From: Octopus vulgaris
Lineage: Eukaryota
Assembly (NCBI GenBank): GCA_951406725.2
Contig: OX597832.1
Span: 34,038,001 to 34,102,000 of the forward strand
Length of the DNA: 64,000 nucleotides
Direction: 5' to 3'
The notes under the pieces are model-generated. The model saw only the letters and a program-made list of their open reading frames with translations, had not been told where the DNA came from and did no database searches. Shown here piece after piece: positions 14,576-26,869 of the stretch (positions are counted from its first letter, which is position 1; every line of letters starts with the position of its first letter). Position numbers and translations under genes: made by a program.

Positions 14576-14826
14576 TCATATGTCGATCTCATCTAGATAA
14601 AGCAGGACAATTTTCTCTAAGGTCACGTGAGGCGTCTGGATGTTTCGGTGATCATTCGCCTCTTCAGTTGTTTCTGAACCAGTGACAATTATTCGTTTCA
14701 TTACTTCGTTTGTGTATGTATAGTCGTGTATTATATATTTATCGTTCTTCCTCACTACCATTGCCACAATCACCACCACCACTAACAGCAATACAACCAC
14801 CACAAGAAGCGACACTATTTTCAAAC
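14576..14826 (-). CDS. Candidate transmembrane plus cytoplasmic-tail terminal exon (possibly pseudogenic)
   Basis: Acceptor TTTAATTTACAG, phase 1, then LKIVSLLVVVVLLLVVVVIVAMVV-RK and about 55 further open codons. The Val run may partly be a (GTG)n artefact. Confidence 0.3.
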
Positions 14827-15029
14827 CTGTAAATTAAAATGCCATTTAGAAATTGATGCATTTCCATACATGATGCAGGGCCATTCTTTGTGTTGGCAAG
14901 GAAACAATGGGAACAATTGTGAAGACTTGTTCAGTTCACAGTTTGGCCATGTTTAGTATTCTGTCGAAGCCTCACTATGAATATTTCGATGACAATCAGA
15001 CATGTGTATTTAAGTAATACAAAGAGGGT

Positions 15030-16470
15030 TTGTTGGTGTTAGTGTTGTTGTTGCTGGTGATGGTGGTGGTGGTGGTATTTGTTAGCTGCAGAGTTTTCGC
15101 TGCTGGTGGTGATTGTTGTGTAGGTGGTAGTTTTCGCTGCTTGGCATTGGTGGTGTTGTCAGAGGTGTGTTGGTTGTAGAGAAGAGGACGGTGTTGCGGG
15201 TGGTGTCTGTCTTGATGGAGGAGGAGGTGGTGATGGTGTTTCTCTTGTTCGTGGTGAAATGTTCGTGGTGTATGAGATGGCGGTGAGTGTTGTTGCTTGC
15301 GTTGGTGCTAGTAGTTGGACAAGGTTGTGGTTATTCTGGGTACCATTTTTGAGTGTGGTGACGGTGGCGCGGTGTTGCTTGTAACGATGATGGTAACGGA
15401 GGAGGTGGTAGTTTTTGCTACTGATGGTGGATGTGAGGTTGGTGGGGGTGTTATGGTAGAATTCTCGATGGGATAGTGAAGGTGTTGGTATAGTAGGGAG
15501 AGGTGAGGAGATTTTCTTTCTTGATAGCGTAGAGTCTTTCGATTCGCTGCTATTGGTGATTGTGGAGATGGTGATGGTGGTGGTAGTGGTGCTGGTGATG
15601 GGGTGGTGGTGGTAGTAGTAGTTGTTGTATGAAGTGAGTATAGGTGACGGAGGTTGTAGTGGTGGTGGTTGTGCTGCTGCTGTTGGTGATGATAGTGGCG
15701 GGCTTTGGTGAGTGCTGGTGATGTGGTGGTCGTTAGTGGAAAGGCGGATGATCTTTCTGTTGTTGCTAATGATAATGATGGCAGTGGTGATGGTTGTGAA
15801 TGCTGTATAGGTTGTAGTGGTGATCATTGTGGTCGTAATATGAGAGGCATCGGTGGTGGTGGTGGTGGTGGTCAGTGTAGCTTTGGTGGCGGTAGCAGTC
15901 ACGCCAGTAATGCTGTTGGTGTTGAGGTTGATTGTGGTGGAGGTGGTGGTGGGGTCGACGTTCTTAGTGGTATTAATGGTGGTAACATGGGTAGACGTAT
16001 AGGTGGTAGCGGCGGTGGTGGGTTTTTGCTGCTGTTGTTGATGGTAGTGGAACTTGTGGAGTTGGTAAAGGTGTTGGTGAATGCGGCGGCGCAGCGGTGG
16101 TGGTTATATTTGTGTTGGTGTTGTTATGGTAACTTTTAGTGGATGTGATGGTGGTGATCAAGGCATTTGTTGTTGCTTGGGAGGTGGTGGTGTTGGTGGT
16201 GATGGAGGTGGTGGTAGTCGTCGTCGTGGAATTGGCAGACAAGCTGACGTTGTGGGTGGTAGGCGTTATTGTTGTTTGTGGCGGTGGTAATGGTGGAATG
16301 GTAGCAGTGGTGGTGGTGGTGGAGGTGGTGCCAGTGATGGTGTGGTGGATGATGACGGTGGTATTGATACTAGCATTGATGATGATTGTTGTGGTAGTGA
16401 TGGTTGCATGAGATGCTAGCGGTGGGGGTGGAAGCGGCTGTGGTGGTGGGGGTGGCGGTGGTGGTGTCAG
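15030..16470. repeat. Degenerate (GGT/GTG/GAT)n low-complexity tract
   Basis: About 1.4 kb of imperfect trinucleotide repeats; the source of the poly-T/P/G/V ORFs. Confidence 0.9.
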
Positions 16471-16486
16471 TTGTTGCTGTCTGGAA

Positions 16487-16671
16487 TCAACTGTCATCCA
16501 TTCGGTCGCTGCCGTCGTTGTCCTTCTTCTCCAATAATCTCCATGTGAATGATTGCCTTCTGTAAAACACTCCAAGATTAAATCTTCCATGCTGTTTAGC
16601 ATTTAAATGGTCTCTTTTAGTCTTTGATTTCCTGCGGTGATTGCTCTTCACTTCCAAGCAATCCTGATTGG
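16487..16671 (-). CDS. Candidate terminal coding exon of an unknown host gene
   Basis: T-rich tract plus CCAAAG acceptor, phase 1, then NQDCLEVKSNHRRKSKTKRDHLNAKQHGRFNLGVFYRRQSFTWRLLEKKDNDGSDRMDDS*. A unique island between two low-complexity tracts. Confidence 0.45.
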
Positions 16672-16739
16672 CTTTGGAACAAATAACAAAAATATATTAA
16701 CATAAAAATAATATAGAATGAAATAAATAAAGTATCATA

Positions 16740-17430
16740 AAATGAAATTAAGAACGAAAATGAAGGCATTAAGAAGAAGCTAAAGAGGAAAGAGCCGGAA
16801 GAAGAGAAGACGAAGGAGAAGACGAAGAAGAAGGAGGAGGAGAAGAAGAAGAAGGAGGAGGAGGAGGAGGAGAAGAAGAAGAAAAAGGAGGAGAAAAGGC
16901 AAAGAAAAAGAATGAAAAAGACGAATAAGATGATGAAGAATGAAGATGGAGAAGAAGAATGAAGAGGAAGAGGCGGAAGAAGAAAACTGAAGCAAAAAAT
17001 ATGAAGACGAAGGAAAAGAAGAATGAAGATAAAGATGGAGAATGCAGAATGAAGATGAAGAAGAATATGCAAAAGGAAGATGAAAATGGAGAAGAAGGAA
17101 GATGAAAAAATAGAAGGAAGGAAGAAGATAAAGAACAAAGATAGAGGATAAAGAAGAGGATGATGAAGGAAGATGAAGGAAAATAAAGGAAGAGGAAGGA
17201 GGAGGAGGAGGAGGAAGGTGGAGGATGAAGACGGAAGATTACGAAGAAAAAGAACAAAGTGAATTATAAAGTTGGAAGCAAAGGAGAGAAAATATAAATC
17301 TGAAAATAGTAAAGAAGAAAGGAAAGAAAAGGAAAGAAAGGGGAAAGAAACTAATAAAGGTGGTAAGAAGGAAGGAAAGAAACAAAGAATGAAAGAAAGA
17401 TATTGTGAAAGAAAGATGAAAATGTTTGGA
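16740..17430. repeat. Purine-rich (GAA/GAG)n low-complexity tract
   Basis: About 700 bp of almost pure A/G on the + strand. Confidence 0.9.
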
Positions 17431-17757
17431 AGAATAAAGTCACGTGATAGCTGTTGAGCAACGTCACCTTTGGTTAATTATTTGATTGAAGTCGGTTGGT
17501 TATCCCACATTCTGTGGTATTTCGGCTCTTTACGTTCTGTTTTCAAATCTCAGGTAGGCTAACTTTGCTACCATCCCTCCCGAGCTGTGTGTACTATGTG
17601 GCACCTGGGGCAATTGACTTCTACAATAATCTTGGACTGACCAAGCCTTGTGGGTGGATTTGGTAGACGGAACCTGAATGAAGCCCATTCTGCACACACA
17701 CACACATATACACATAAACACTCACACATACATATATATTATTAAATGCATATACTA

Positions 17758-17803
<46 letters not shown>

Positions 17804-17806
<3 letters not shown>

Positions 17807-18035
17807 GTATTTTCCGATGGCTGCAATGGTGCGTCAGACTATATAACTCTCAAGTCAGCGGTATTAGAAAACATCTCTGGATTCAGGGATAGGGAGGATA
17901 ACTCACCCTCAATCCGATTTGGAGTGGTGGACATCGATATTTCGCCATTTTTGTGGATTGTACAATTTTTTTTAACACCATTGACTTGAGAGTTATATAT
18001 TCCGCCACGCCATTGCATCCACCGGAAGATACACG
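17804..18035. repeat. Foldback element (about 68-bp imperfect inverted arms)
   Basis: GTGTATTTTCCG..ATATAACTCTCAAGTCA versus TGACTTGAGAGTTATAT..CCGGAAGATACAC, adjacent to (TA)n. Confidence 0.85.
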
Positions 18036-19614
18036 AAACATATACATGTATATTTTGTTTTGCGAATGTATTCTTACGCATATAGTTGCATATCTAGACA
18101 TGTTCATATATACTTAAATGATAAACTCCAAGAAAGTTTTACAGATTTTCACAATTCTAGTGATATCTTGGATCTGTAGTTTTCGAATCAGCTTTCTGGT
18201 TTTGAGAAGCATAATTTCTCAAGATTGGTATTTAGGCAGTGTGTTACATATCCCAGTGCTCCGTGCATGTGTGTGTAGCAAATTAGGTGGTAACTCTATG
18301 CACGTACATAACTACAGAGTTGAAACGCAAAGTAAAGTGCAACACACTTAACGTATATAAGAACGCGGTGAACTTACACAATCTGTGAACATACAAATAA
18401 ATGAAGGAATAACTTCTCACCTATTCAGGTTGGTGGTTAGAAAAATGTAAATACTTTAGAAAAACGTGTTAATACGGCAGCATTGCTGAAGAAAAAGATA
18501 ATTAATCTCATTTCAAGTAAGTTAATGTTAATGTCGTGATATCGGCCTAATTAAGGTCTTTCTCCACATGACAGTAGGTTTAGTGAATATAAATGAGTGT
18601 CTGGATGGAGTTTGTAGGTCATCCGTTTACTGGTGAGATGAACATGACCGGCATTCAGTGTAAATACCTCAATATCGATTAGCTAAAGAGAACTAATAGA
18701 TGAAGTTTTTAATGTATAACATGGGAATGTGACGAGTAAACGAGAGGCCAGTGGGATCAAAAGGGCCCGGTTATAGAGTGAATATCGGTTTGCACTTTTA
18801 AGGCAACAAATTACTAGGACTGTTAGAGATTTGGATAGAATGCCTGGTAGCGTTATTTGTTTTAACACTGCGCTCTCAATTCAAATCCCGCCGAGGTCAA
18901 CTTCTCCTCTTGTCCTTTCCGAGTCGGAAAAATGTATGAATCCAAGGGTGGGAAATCAGAAGATCAATAAGAAAGTTGTGTGAGATGCCTTGCAGTGTCT
19001 GACCTTGCTTTTTTTAATTCTGGCAACAACACTGCCTCGACAACTGGTTCCAATTTGTATCAAGTATGCGACCTTACAGCTAGATAAATATCAGTAACGT
19101 AGAGAGGACGCATACATGCAGGAGTGACTACAATTCGTCCTCAGAATATCTTTCCTAGAGCTGAGCAAATATATGCAGGTGCGTGGTCAACCTTCGCCGA
19201 TGAAGGGTTTTCTCAGCTCAATCTTTTGGTATCATAATCACCAAGAATGTAGCGTGAGAGACACCTTCATTCTTGTAAAGTGAGATCGATTACCTCCGAC
19301 CTTGAATAATTTTAGAGTATTGACCATCCAATATTTTGCCCATTAACGCACTAACTCGAACATTCGGTCCCCAGAAGAGGAGAGGTTGGCAGAAAGTTTA
19401 CTTCCAATTTTGTTTCCGCGCTTGTCCTCAACTATTGTCATGAATGAAAGAGTAAGATCGTGAGTACAAACAGCCGGAAAACAATGGCTGTTTGGAATTA
19501 GCTCTGGAGTAATTTTACTCCACAAGGTGCAAAGGCCGGAGATCAGCATCTCTCCAGACTGAGCCGCTACTTCTTGGCATTAAGAGACTATAACTCTAGT
19601 AATACAGTAATTAG

Positions 19615-19810
19615 AAAGCCGCAGGAAGAAATCACAAGACCGATTCTTCGAGCCTAGTCAACTAGCAGAAAACTGGGAGTAGACTGAGAACAAGGTCAGT
19701 GAATTCTATCCATAGTCTCACTTTCCGGTAATCCAGCCGGAAAATATAATGAACGTTGCTTCTGATAGAACCCAATGGAAGAAGTACCTCAAGATTTGAT
19801 AAATTGATGG
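19615..19810 (+). mobile_element. RTE-like LINE 3' end
   Basis: Degenerate 'ILRA...GR.RTR...IHSL...IQPENIMNVASDRTQWKKYL' C-terminus. Confidence 0.55.
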
Positions 19811-20671
19811 AGGGAAGGAGAGAATAAAGGAATGAAATTGCTAATTGTCTTCTAGCTTTCTATTTTAAAACGGTTTGTTCAAAGAGATTTGACTGCTTGT
19901 TCCAGCAGTTTGTTAGACTCCACTTGTTATGCAGCTGGTGGTGATTGGCAGAGGTTTTTGTGTTCTTACGTGTAGGAAGCGTAAAAATAATATTGCTTTT
20001 TTTCAATCAAAATCATTAAAAATCAGAAATAAGTATTATAACCTTTAACAATTTCTATCTTTCACACGTGATCTTTTGTAATTTTGTTTACATCTTGTCT
20101 ATTATTTTTTATTTAATATTCATAGAGCAAACTTATTCAAGCAATAACAACATCAAGGTCACAAAGAACAGTAGCGATATGTCAATTAGAGTATTTAAAA
20201 ATCAGCTTAAATGAGTCACTCATCAATTATTTCATTTAGTCATTTACTATTTCACAATAAACCGGAAAATAATTTACGATTGAAGTCAGAAGTGAAGAGA
20301 CAATGAAGAGGAGGGAGAACAGAAAGATGTAGAATGCAATAAACAAGAAAAACAAGAAAAACACACAATAAACCAACAAACAATCAAACATAACGAAATT
20401 ATTTCAATTCTATAAAGGGTGTCAGTAAATGTAAATCAAATTTATTTCGACATCAAAAGAACACCACAGACTGTTATGTCAGTATATTATCACCCATGGA
20501 AGGACATTTATGTATTATTTATCATAGAGAATAGGTTTTCTTAAGCATAAGCGCAAGGGAATTAGCTATTTAGTCCGACAATAGAAAATACACTCGACGG
20601 GATTGTGACGCAAATTTACTAAACGATTGATGTGTCCAGCAATATGTTCTCACGAATATATATATATATAT

Positions 20672-20703
<32 letters not shown>

Positions 20704-21722
20704 AACATAGACGCACATATATATATGTATGTACAAACATATACTTATGTGTGTGTGAGTGGCTGTGCGGGCTTGTGGGTGCAAATACATAGTCATCTAT
20801 TTATTTATTAAATAATTTGAGTATACTCAGGTTGCAATGATAACACCGCTTTCCTCATTCCTAGTGAAGATTGCATTAATATTAATGCTATTCTCTGTCA
20901 GAAAAAAGCAGCATTTCAAAGACAAATCGACAAGATCGAGACTTCCATTCTCACGGTGAACTCATGGTCGAGGCTAAAATATTGACTTCACAAAAATATA
21001 CATAATTCAACATTCACTACGATAAAAGAAAGTTTGTGCATCGAAAGCGTAGTAAAGAGATTTGAAGGAATGAACAGTGAACACGTAATAGGTGAGTGTC
21101 AGCAGACATGGCCTGCGATATAATTTAGTTCTTCTACAGTTTGTTGAACTTATAAGAACCGCAGCTAAGGACAGGATCTGCGTAGAACAATAACTTAGAC
21201 ACGATGAGATAATGTTTATTGTGATTTTTTGCTTAAGATAGATCGTGTCATAAAATGCTGGACAATAGTCATCAAGCGAATACCTTTTTTACTTTATACT
21301 ATTTAGATCAAATGTATTTGATCAGCGTAACATAATGCAGAAAAATTGATTACTGATGATCTGCAGTTGTTCCGCATTCCATTACGAATGGAACATCCAC
21401 TGCAGGAGCTGCAAATAACCACAATGGTGAAATGTACGTAGGGAACAAATTATATAAAGTTTATTTATCTTAATTTCTTCTATTATATATATATATATAT
21501 ATATATGAAGAAACATAACTCTTGAAAAGTTTGCAAGACGCCACGAAAATTTTAAGAAAATAAAAAAGATATAAGTGGAATTTTTACCGGTGAGTGTGTT
21601 AAACTATAAGGCACCAAAAGAGAATGACTCTCCCCAGACGAAACAGAATATGCTTCAACACATGAACTCATATAAAGAATCTTGCAAGCCAAATCCCAAA
21701 AAAGAAATATATATAAATATAT

Positions 21723-21942
21723 AATTGCAGCGTGGAAGGTGTTTATAAACCATTTACATCACACAAAAACCCGTTAGATTCACTTCAGCATTTATATTCC
21801 GTGTGACACGAAATTTTGTCGGGTGAACAGGTTGCAGTCTCAAAGCGATGAAAATATTTTGGCAACTTAAATTAAAATGTTGAAGAGAACCTAACAATTT
21901 TTGTGTTTTAAATGGCTTATAAACACCTTCCACGCTGCAATT
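21723..21942. repeat. Foldback element (about 70-bp inverted arms)
   Basis: AATTGCAGCGTGGAAGGTGTTTATAA versus TTATAAACACCTTCCACGCTGCAATT; the arms extend inward imperfectly. Confidence 0.9.
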
Positions 21943-22044
21943 TTCTTTCCAGCACACGATCTCAGGTCAGGTCACTTGCTATAGAAGTACATCTCCGTAA
22001 TATACATACATACATACATGTGTGTGTGTGTGTGTGTGTGTATT

Positions 22045-22353
22045 CTTTTATTCCCTTACTTTTTGTCATTTGACTGCTGCCATGCAGGAGCACCACCTTA
22101 AAGGGTTTTTTCACTCGAACAAATCGACGCCAGGACTTATTTTTTGTAAGCCCAGCACTTATTCGATCGGTATTTTTACTGAACCGCTAAATTACGGGGG
22201 CGTAAACACACCAGCATCGGTTCTCAAGTGATGTTAGGCGGGACAAAATAGACACAATGACACACACATAAATATATACACACGTGTGTGTATATGTAAA
22301 TGTGTATGTACATGTATGTATATATATAGATATACATTTATATATACATACTT

Positions 22354-22401
<48 letters not shown>

Positions 22402-22810
22402 AGAGTAAGCGCATAAATGTGAAACAGCCTGGGAAAAAATAGTAGTCGAATACCGGAGTTTATCATTAAAGCTGCAAAAAAATCTCAAAATATATCCCCC
22501 AAAACTGTTGGTTTCATGGTCCCGTTCGTCGGGCGACTGCCCGAGAAGCGGGTAAGTGAAAATCGGAGTAGCAGTTCTTAAAATCTTTTTGTGATACTTT
22601 TCGTGAGGCTTTTGCAGCTTTAATAATGCGTGTGTGTGTGTGTGTGTATGCGTGTGTATGACAGGCTTCTTTCTGTTTCCGTCTACCAAAGCCCCTTACA
22701 AGGCTTTGGTCTGGCCGGGCCTATAGTAGAAGGCACCTGTCTAAAGTGCCATGCTGTCGGACTGAACTGGGAACGATGTAGTTGAGAAACAAGCTTCTTA
22801 CCACACAGCC
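22045..22810 (-). mobile_element. SINE family 1 copy interrupted at its internal microsatellite by a ~225-bp element (22400-22625)
   Basis: The 3' part (22045-22260) and 5' part (22660-22810) match the reverse complement of 57229-57618. The insert has the IR TTAAAGCTGCAAAA/TTTTGCAGCTTTAA and relatives at ~47240 and ~62080. Confidence 0.8.
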
Positions 22811-23479
22811 AAAGAACATTTTATTAAAAAATATTTCTTTCTGAAATTTATGAGGAAACATTGATCAGTTAGGTCAGATTTTTGAGATGTATGCTGATAT
22901 TTCACTAATTCATCTTGACTATTAGGGATTCTTTTGACCCTGAAAGGATGGAAGATGTCAGCTCGCCAAATAGGCTTTGATACATCGGAGCATTTTGTCC
23001 GATTCTAATAGATTTCCAATCTATATTGCGTTCTTAGAACTATAACAACTTGATTTTGGCAAACAGCCGTTTCTGTTAATTCACTGCACTTAACCATATA
23101 AATTCCCAGGAACAAAGAAAGACGCAACAGTTTTTTTCTTCTGATGGCTGATGGAAGATGATGTTGATTAAATTGGCCCCCATTGTATGTCTGCTATTCA
23201 TTTCATCAACGTTGGATGGATGCATTCACTCTAATAAATACTGCAAAGCATATATTTTCACTCATCTCTATCACCCATTTCCCCTTTCACAAGAGTAATA
23301 ATAACGGTTTCAAATTCTGCCACAAGGGATGAGTCGATGCAATACGCATTGCACGTATATATAGATAAATATTCATATATATTTGTGTATTTATTTATTT
23401 GTATATATATAGAAAAATAGATATAAATGGTGATATGAATATATGTACGTATATGTATGTTTTGAAAGTATATACAGCC

Positions 23480-23536
<57 letters not shown>

Positions 23537-23988
23537 CTTCACAACACACGCATATATCACATATATACGTATGTATATGAGTTTGTGGGGTAAGATATAA
23601 AACCCTACATACCTGCACAGAGAACGGGGCTCATCTCAATCTTACTTTTGCTCTTTTCACGAAGGCGTTTTAATGCCGAAACATTGAAATACCACCAAAC
23701 AAGCTAAACGGTTTGTTTCCACACTTTTAATTCGAACCTGTTTTGTAATGGTTTTCCAGGTCACTGTCAATATATTGTGTGTGTGTGAAGTAGGTGCATA
23801 TATGTTAGTGTTCTAGGCGCCTATGTGCGCATGTGTGTGTTGCAACAGCAAGTATTTTATCTCAAACGATATACAATCGAAATGTATTGTTTGATAACTT
23901 TATAATTTCATAGGTTTTCGTCTTCTATCACGTTTATTCTCCAAATCAACATCCGTCATAGACACCTTTATATCTATCTTCCTCTTCA

Positions 23989-24061
<73 letters not shown>

Positions 24062-24704
24062 TACATCTCCTAAACAATTTTATTCCATTAGATAGTCTTT
24101 AACAAGTTCATAGATTAATTTTCAATAGTACATTCTCAGCGCCTTCAGGCAACTTACTCTTTTACATGCACAAACACATAAACACATACTATGTGTGTAT
24201 ATATGTATACGTATGTATACATATATATATATATATATATATATATGGATATATGGATATTTATGTGTATGTATATGTATATATATGTAAATGTATGTAT
24301 ATGTATGTATATATATATATATATGTATATGTATATATAAGTATATGTATGTATATATGTATATATGTATGTATATATGTATGTATATATGTATATATGT
24401 ATGTATATATGTATCTATATGTATGTATATATATATGTGTGTATGTATATATATGTATATATGTGTGAATATATATATGTATGTATATATATGTATATAT
24501 ATATGCATATATATGTATAATACAAGTATTTTTTTGCGTGTGTGCATGTGTATGCATACCTATAAACGTATATACATATAAGTATACATGTATATACATA
24601 TGTATGCACACGTATATACACACACATATATATACATAAGTATATGTATATATATATATATATATATATACATATACTTATGTATATATATGTGTGTGTA
24701 TATA

Positions 24705-24738
<34 letters not shown>

Positions 24739-24783
24739 CATAGCTGCTTGTACGTGTGTGGAAATATATAAATCTATATGTAT

Positions 24784-24836
<53 letters not shown>

Positions 24837-25157
24837 GTGTGTGAGTGTAAACATTTCTGTATATGTACCTGCACACGCATAGACACAGCGTACACACATA
24901 ATGCTGTATTAAGCAAACAAGACAAACCTTAAGAGAGACAAGTTTTCCCAAATGTGTGTGCGTATTGTTTGTTTGTGTGTGTGTGTGTGTATATCCTAGA
25001 TATACATATTATTCAGTGAACTCTCCGCCTCTTGCTACCGCTCATGTCTTTTTACTCCCACTTCCTCTATAACCTCTTAATGTTCAGCTACTTTACATTC
25101 CAACCTGACATTGGTTCGTTATACTCTTTCCTTCCTGATGCATTTGGCGAAGTCTTC

Positions 25158-25211
<54 letters not shown>

Positions 25212-25743
25212 AAGCCTCTTATGTTATAGTTCTTAATAACTCTATTTTAAGTCTCTCTGTATAAATATTGTTTTTGTCTAGAGTATATATATACATACAT
25301 AATACAAATAAGAAAATGAAGAAACAAATTTAGTTTGTTCAACTTTCGGATATTAGAATGTTGGATTATTTATTCATTTAACAAAATTAGAACCTTAATA
25401 GCATACATATATATCTTATATTTCAATACATATAAAAAAAATAATACAAATTATAAATATCATATTATAAATTATTGAAATCATTAAAATTACTTCCTAC
25501 AGCTGTTTCAGCCTATGGCTAAAAGTAGTTATTTTTATTGCCTATAGTTGTCAACAGTATATTGGATAAATACTATCCCTTAGTGGGTTACACCCATAAC
25601 CCCTATCTTACTTTATATATATATATATGAAATGTGTATACTGGGCGTTATGTTTTACATTACTAGATTGTAATTCTTGGAAACGGCTTCGTTACAGGTT
25701 CCTTTTCAATCGCACAGTAACATACATAGGATCGTCATTTATA

Positions 25744-25860
25744 TAGCGGTCTGATCAATACGTATCCGGAATGTTGCCACAGTGGGAAATCTAAAGCATG
25801 CAGTGTGAAGCTGCTTGGCACAGATTGACCTTGGACATTGTGCTTGCGCATTAGGTTTTA
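25744..25860 (+). mobile_element. Mariner-like left end fragment
   Basis: TA..GGTCTGATCAATA.GTATCCGGA resembles mariner TIRs. Confidence 0.45.
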
Positions 25861-26310
25861 GCGAATAAAGGTAAGACTATAGGAGAAAGATAACGGCATT
25901 ATTTGCAACCTTAAAAAGGTTGATCGATAGAAATTGAACCAAGAAACGAAAAATGTCAATGAAATTCTGAAATACATCAGAACAAACAACATCACAGAAA
26001 AAATAATTTGATCACGGCAGCAAGTGCTGTTGTAGCGGAAAACGTGGGTGTTGATGTAAAGAAAAAGAAATATAATGGGAGAGACAAAAAAAAAAGATCC
26101 ATGGTGGAAAAGAAGAATACAGGCAGAGTTAGACATGCTTTCGAAGGAAATCTCTGTGTTAGACCGAAAAGAGAAAGGGGAGCTTAAAAGCGAACAAAAA
26201 TACAGGGTAATGAAAAGGAAGTATAATATTGAAAGGGCCTGAAAGTAGGAGTGGAGGAACTGAAACAGCGCCTCGTTGCAAAGAAAGTATAGATGGACAG
26301 AATAAGATTG
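25860..26310 (+). mobile_element. Dong/R4-clade LINE ORF fragment (N-terminal to RT)
   Basis: NLKKVDR*KLNQETKNVNEILKYI.TNNITE...DPWWKRRIQ...KY.I...EELKQRL, characteristic of R4/Dong ORFs; frameshifted. Confidence 0.75.
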
Positions 26311-26423
26311 AAGCTATTAACATCTGAGCAGTTTCATTCCTTAGCTATGGGGGAGGGGTAATCACATGGACAGTAGACGAACTGAACAGCTCAGACAGAA
26401 AGACAAGGAAGTTTCTTTATATA

Positions 26424-26665
26424 ATTTACATTGGACGGATATTTGTCTGCATCTTTGTTGTTAACACAACGTTTCCGATGATATACAGCCTTCATCAGTA
26501 TCTTGTGGAAATTTTGAACCTGGGTTCTCATTCCTAAGGTATTTTTCGATGTTGTTATTGTTATTATTATTATCATCATCATTATTATTACTATTGTTAT
26601 TATTATTGTTATTATTATTATTTTTATTCAGGCTACAAAATTCCGAGTTCGATTCCTGATCGTGA

Positions 26666-26700
<35 letters not shown>

Positions 26701-26838
26701 GCATAAAAAAATACCTTAGGAATGAGAACCCAGGTTCGAAATTTCTGCAAGACACCTGATGAAGGCTGGAGGGTATATCAGCCGAAACGTTGCGTTAACA
26801 ACAAACAATATGAGGACAAATATCCGTCAAATGTAAAT
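26424..26838. mobile_element. Palindromic non-autonomous element with one hammerhead per arm (Penelope pLTR-like)
   Basis: Inverted arms around an (ATT)n/(AAT)n centre; HHR motifs at 26463-26502(-) and 26751-26796(+). Confidence 0.8.
26751..26796 (+). ncRNA. Minimal type I hammerhead ribozyme
   Basis: GACAC-CTGATGA-A-GGCTG(loop)CAGCC-GAAAC-GTT-GCGTT. Intact core, 5-bp stem II, palindromic stem III (AACGTT), stem I with one mismatch. Confidence 0.8.
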
Positions 26839-26869
26839 AATGTACATAATTCCTCATCTCTTAAATATA

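Noticed and set aside
14632-14672. HHR-like CTGAAGA-GGCGA..TCACC-GAAAC-ATC on the minus strand
   Set aside because: No stem I, mismatched stem II, and a stronger competing GAGGCG/CGCCTC hairpin.
15124-16602. Mucin-like Thr/Pro-rich and Gly-rich ORFs
   Set aside because: Degenerate trinucleotide tract open in several frames on both strands, with no consistent frame.
16617-17457. Phe/Ser- or Glu/Lys-rich ORFs
   Set aside because: Polypurine low-complexity artefact.
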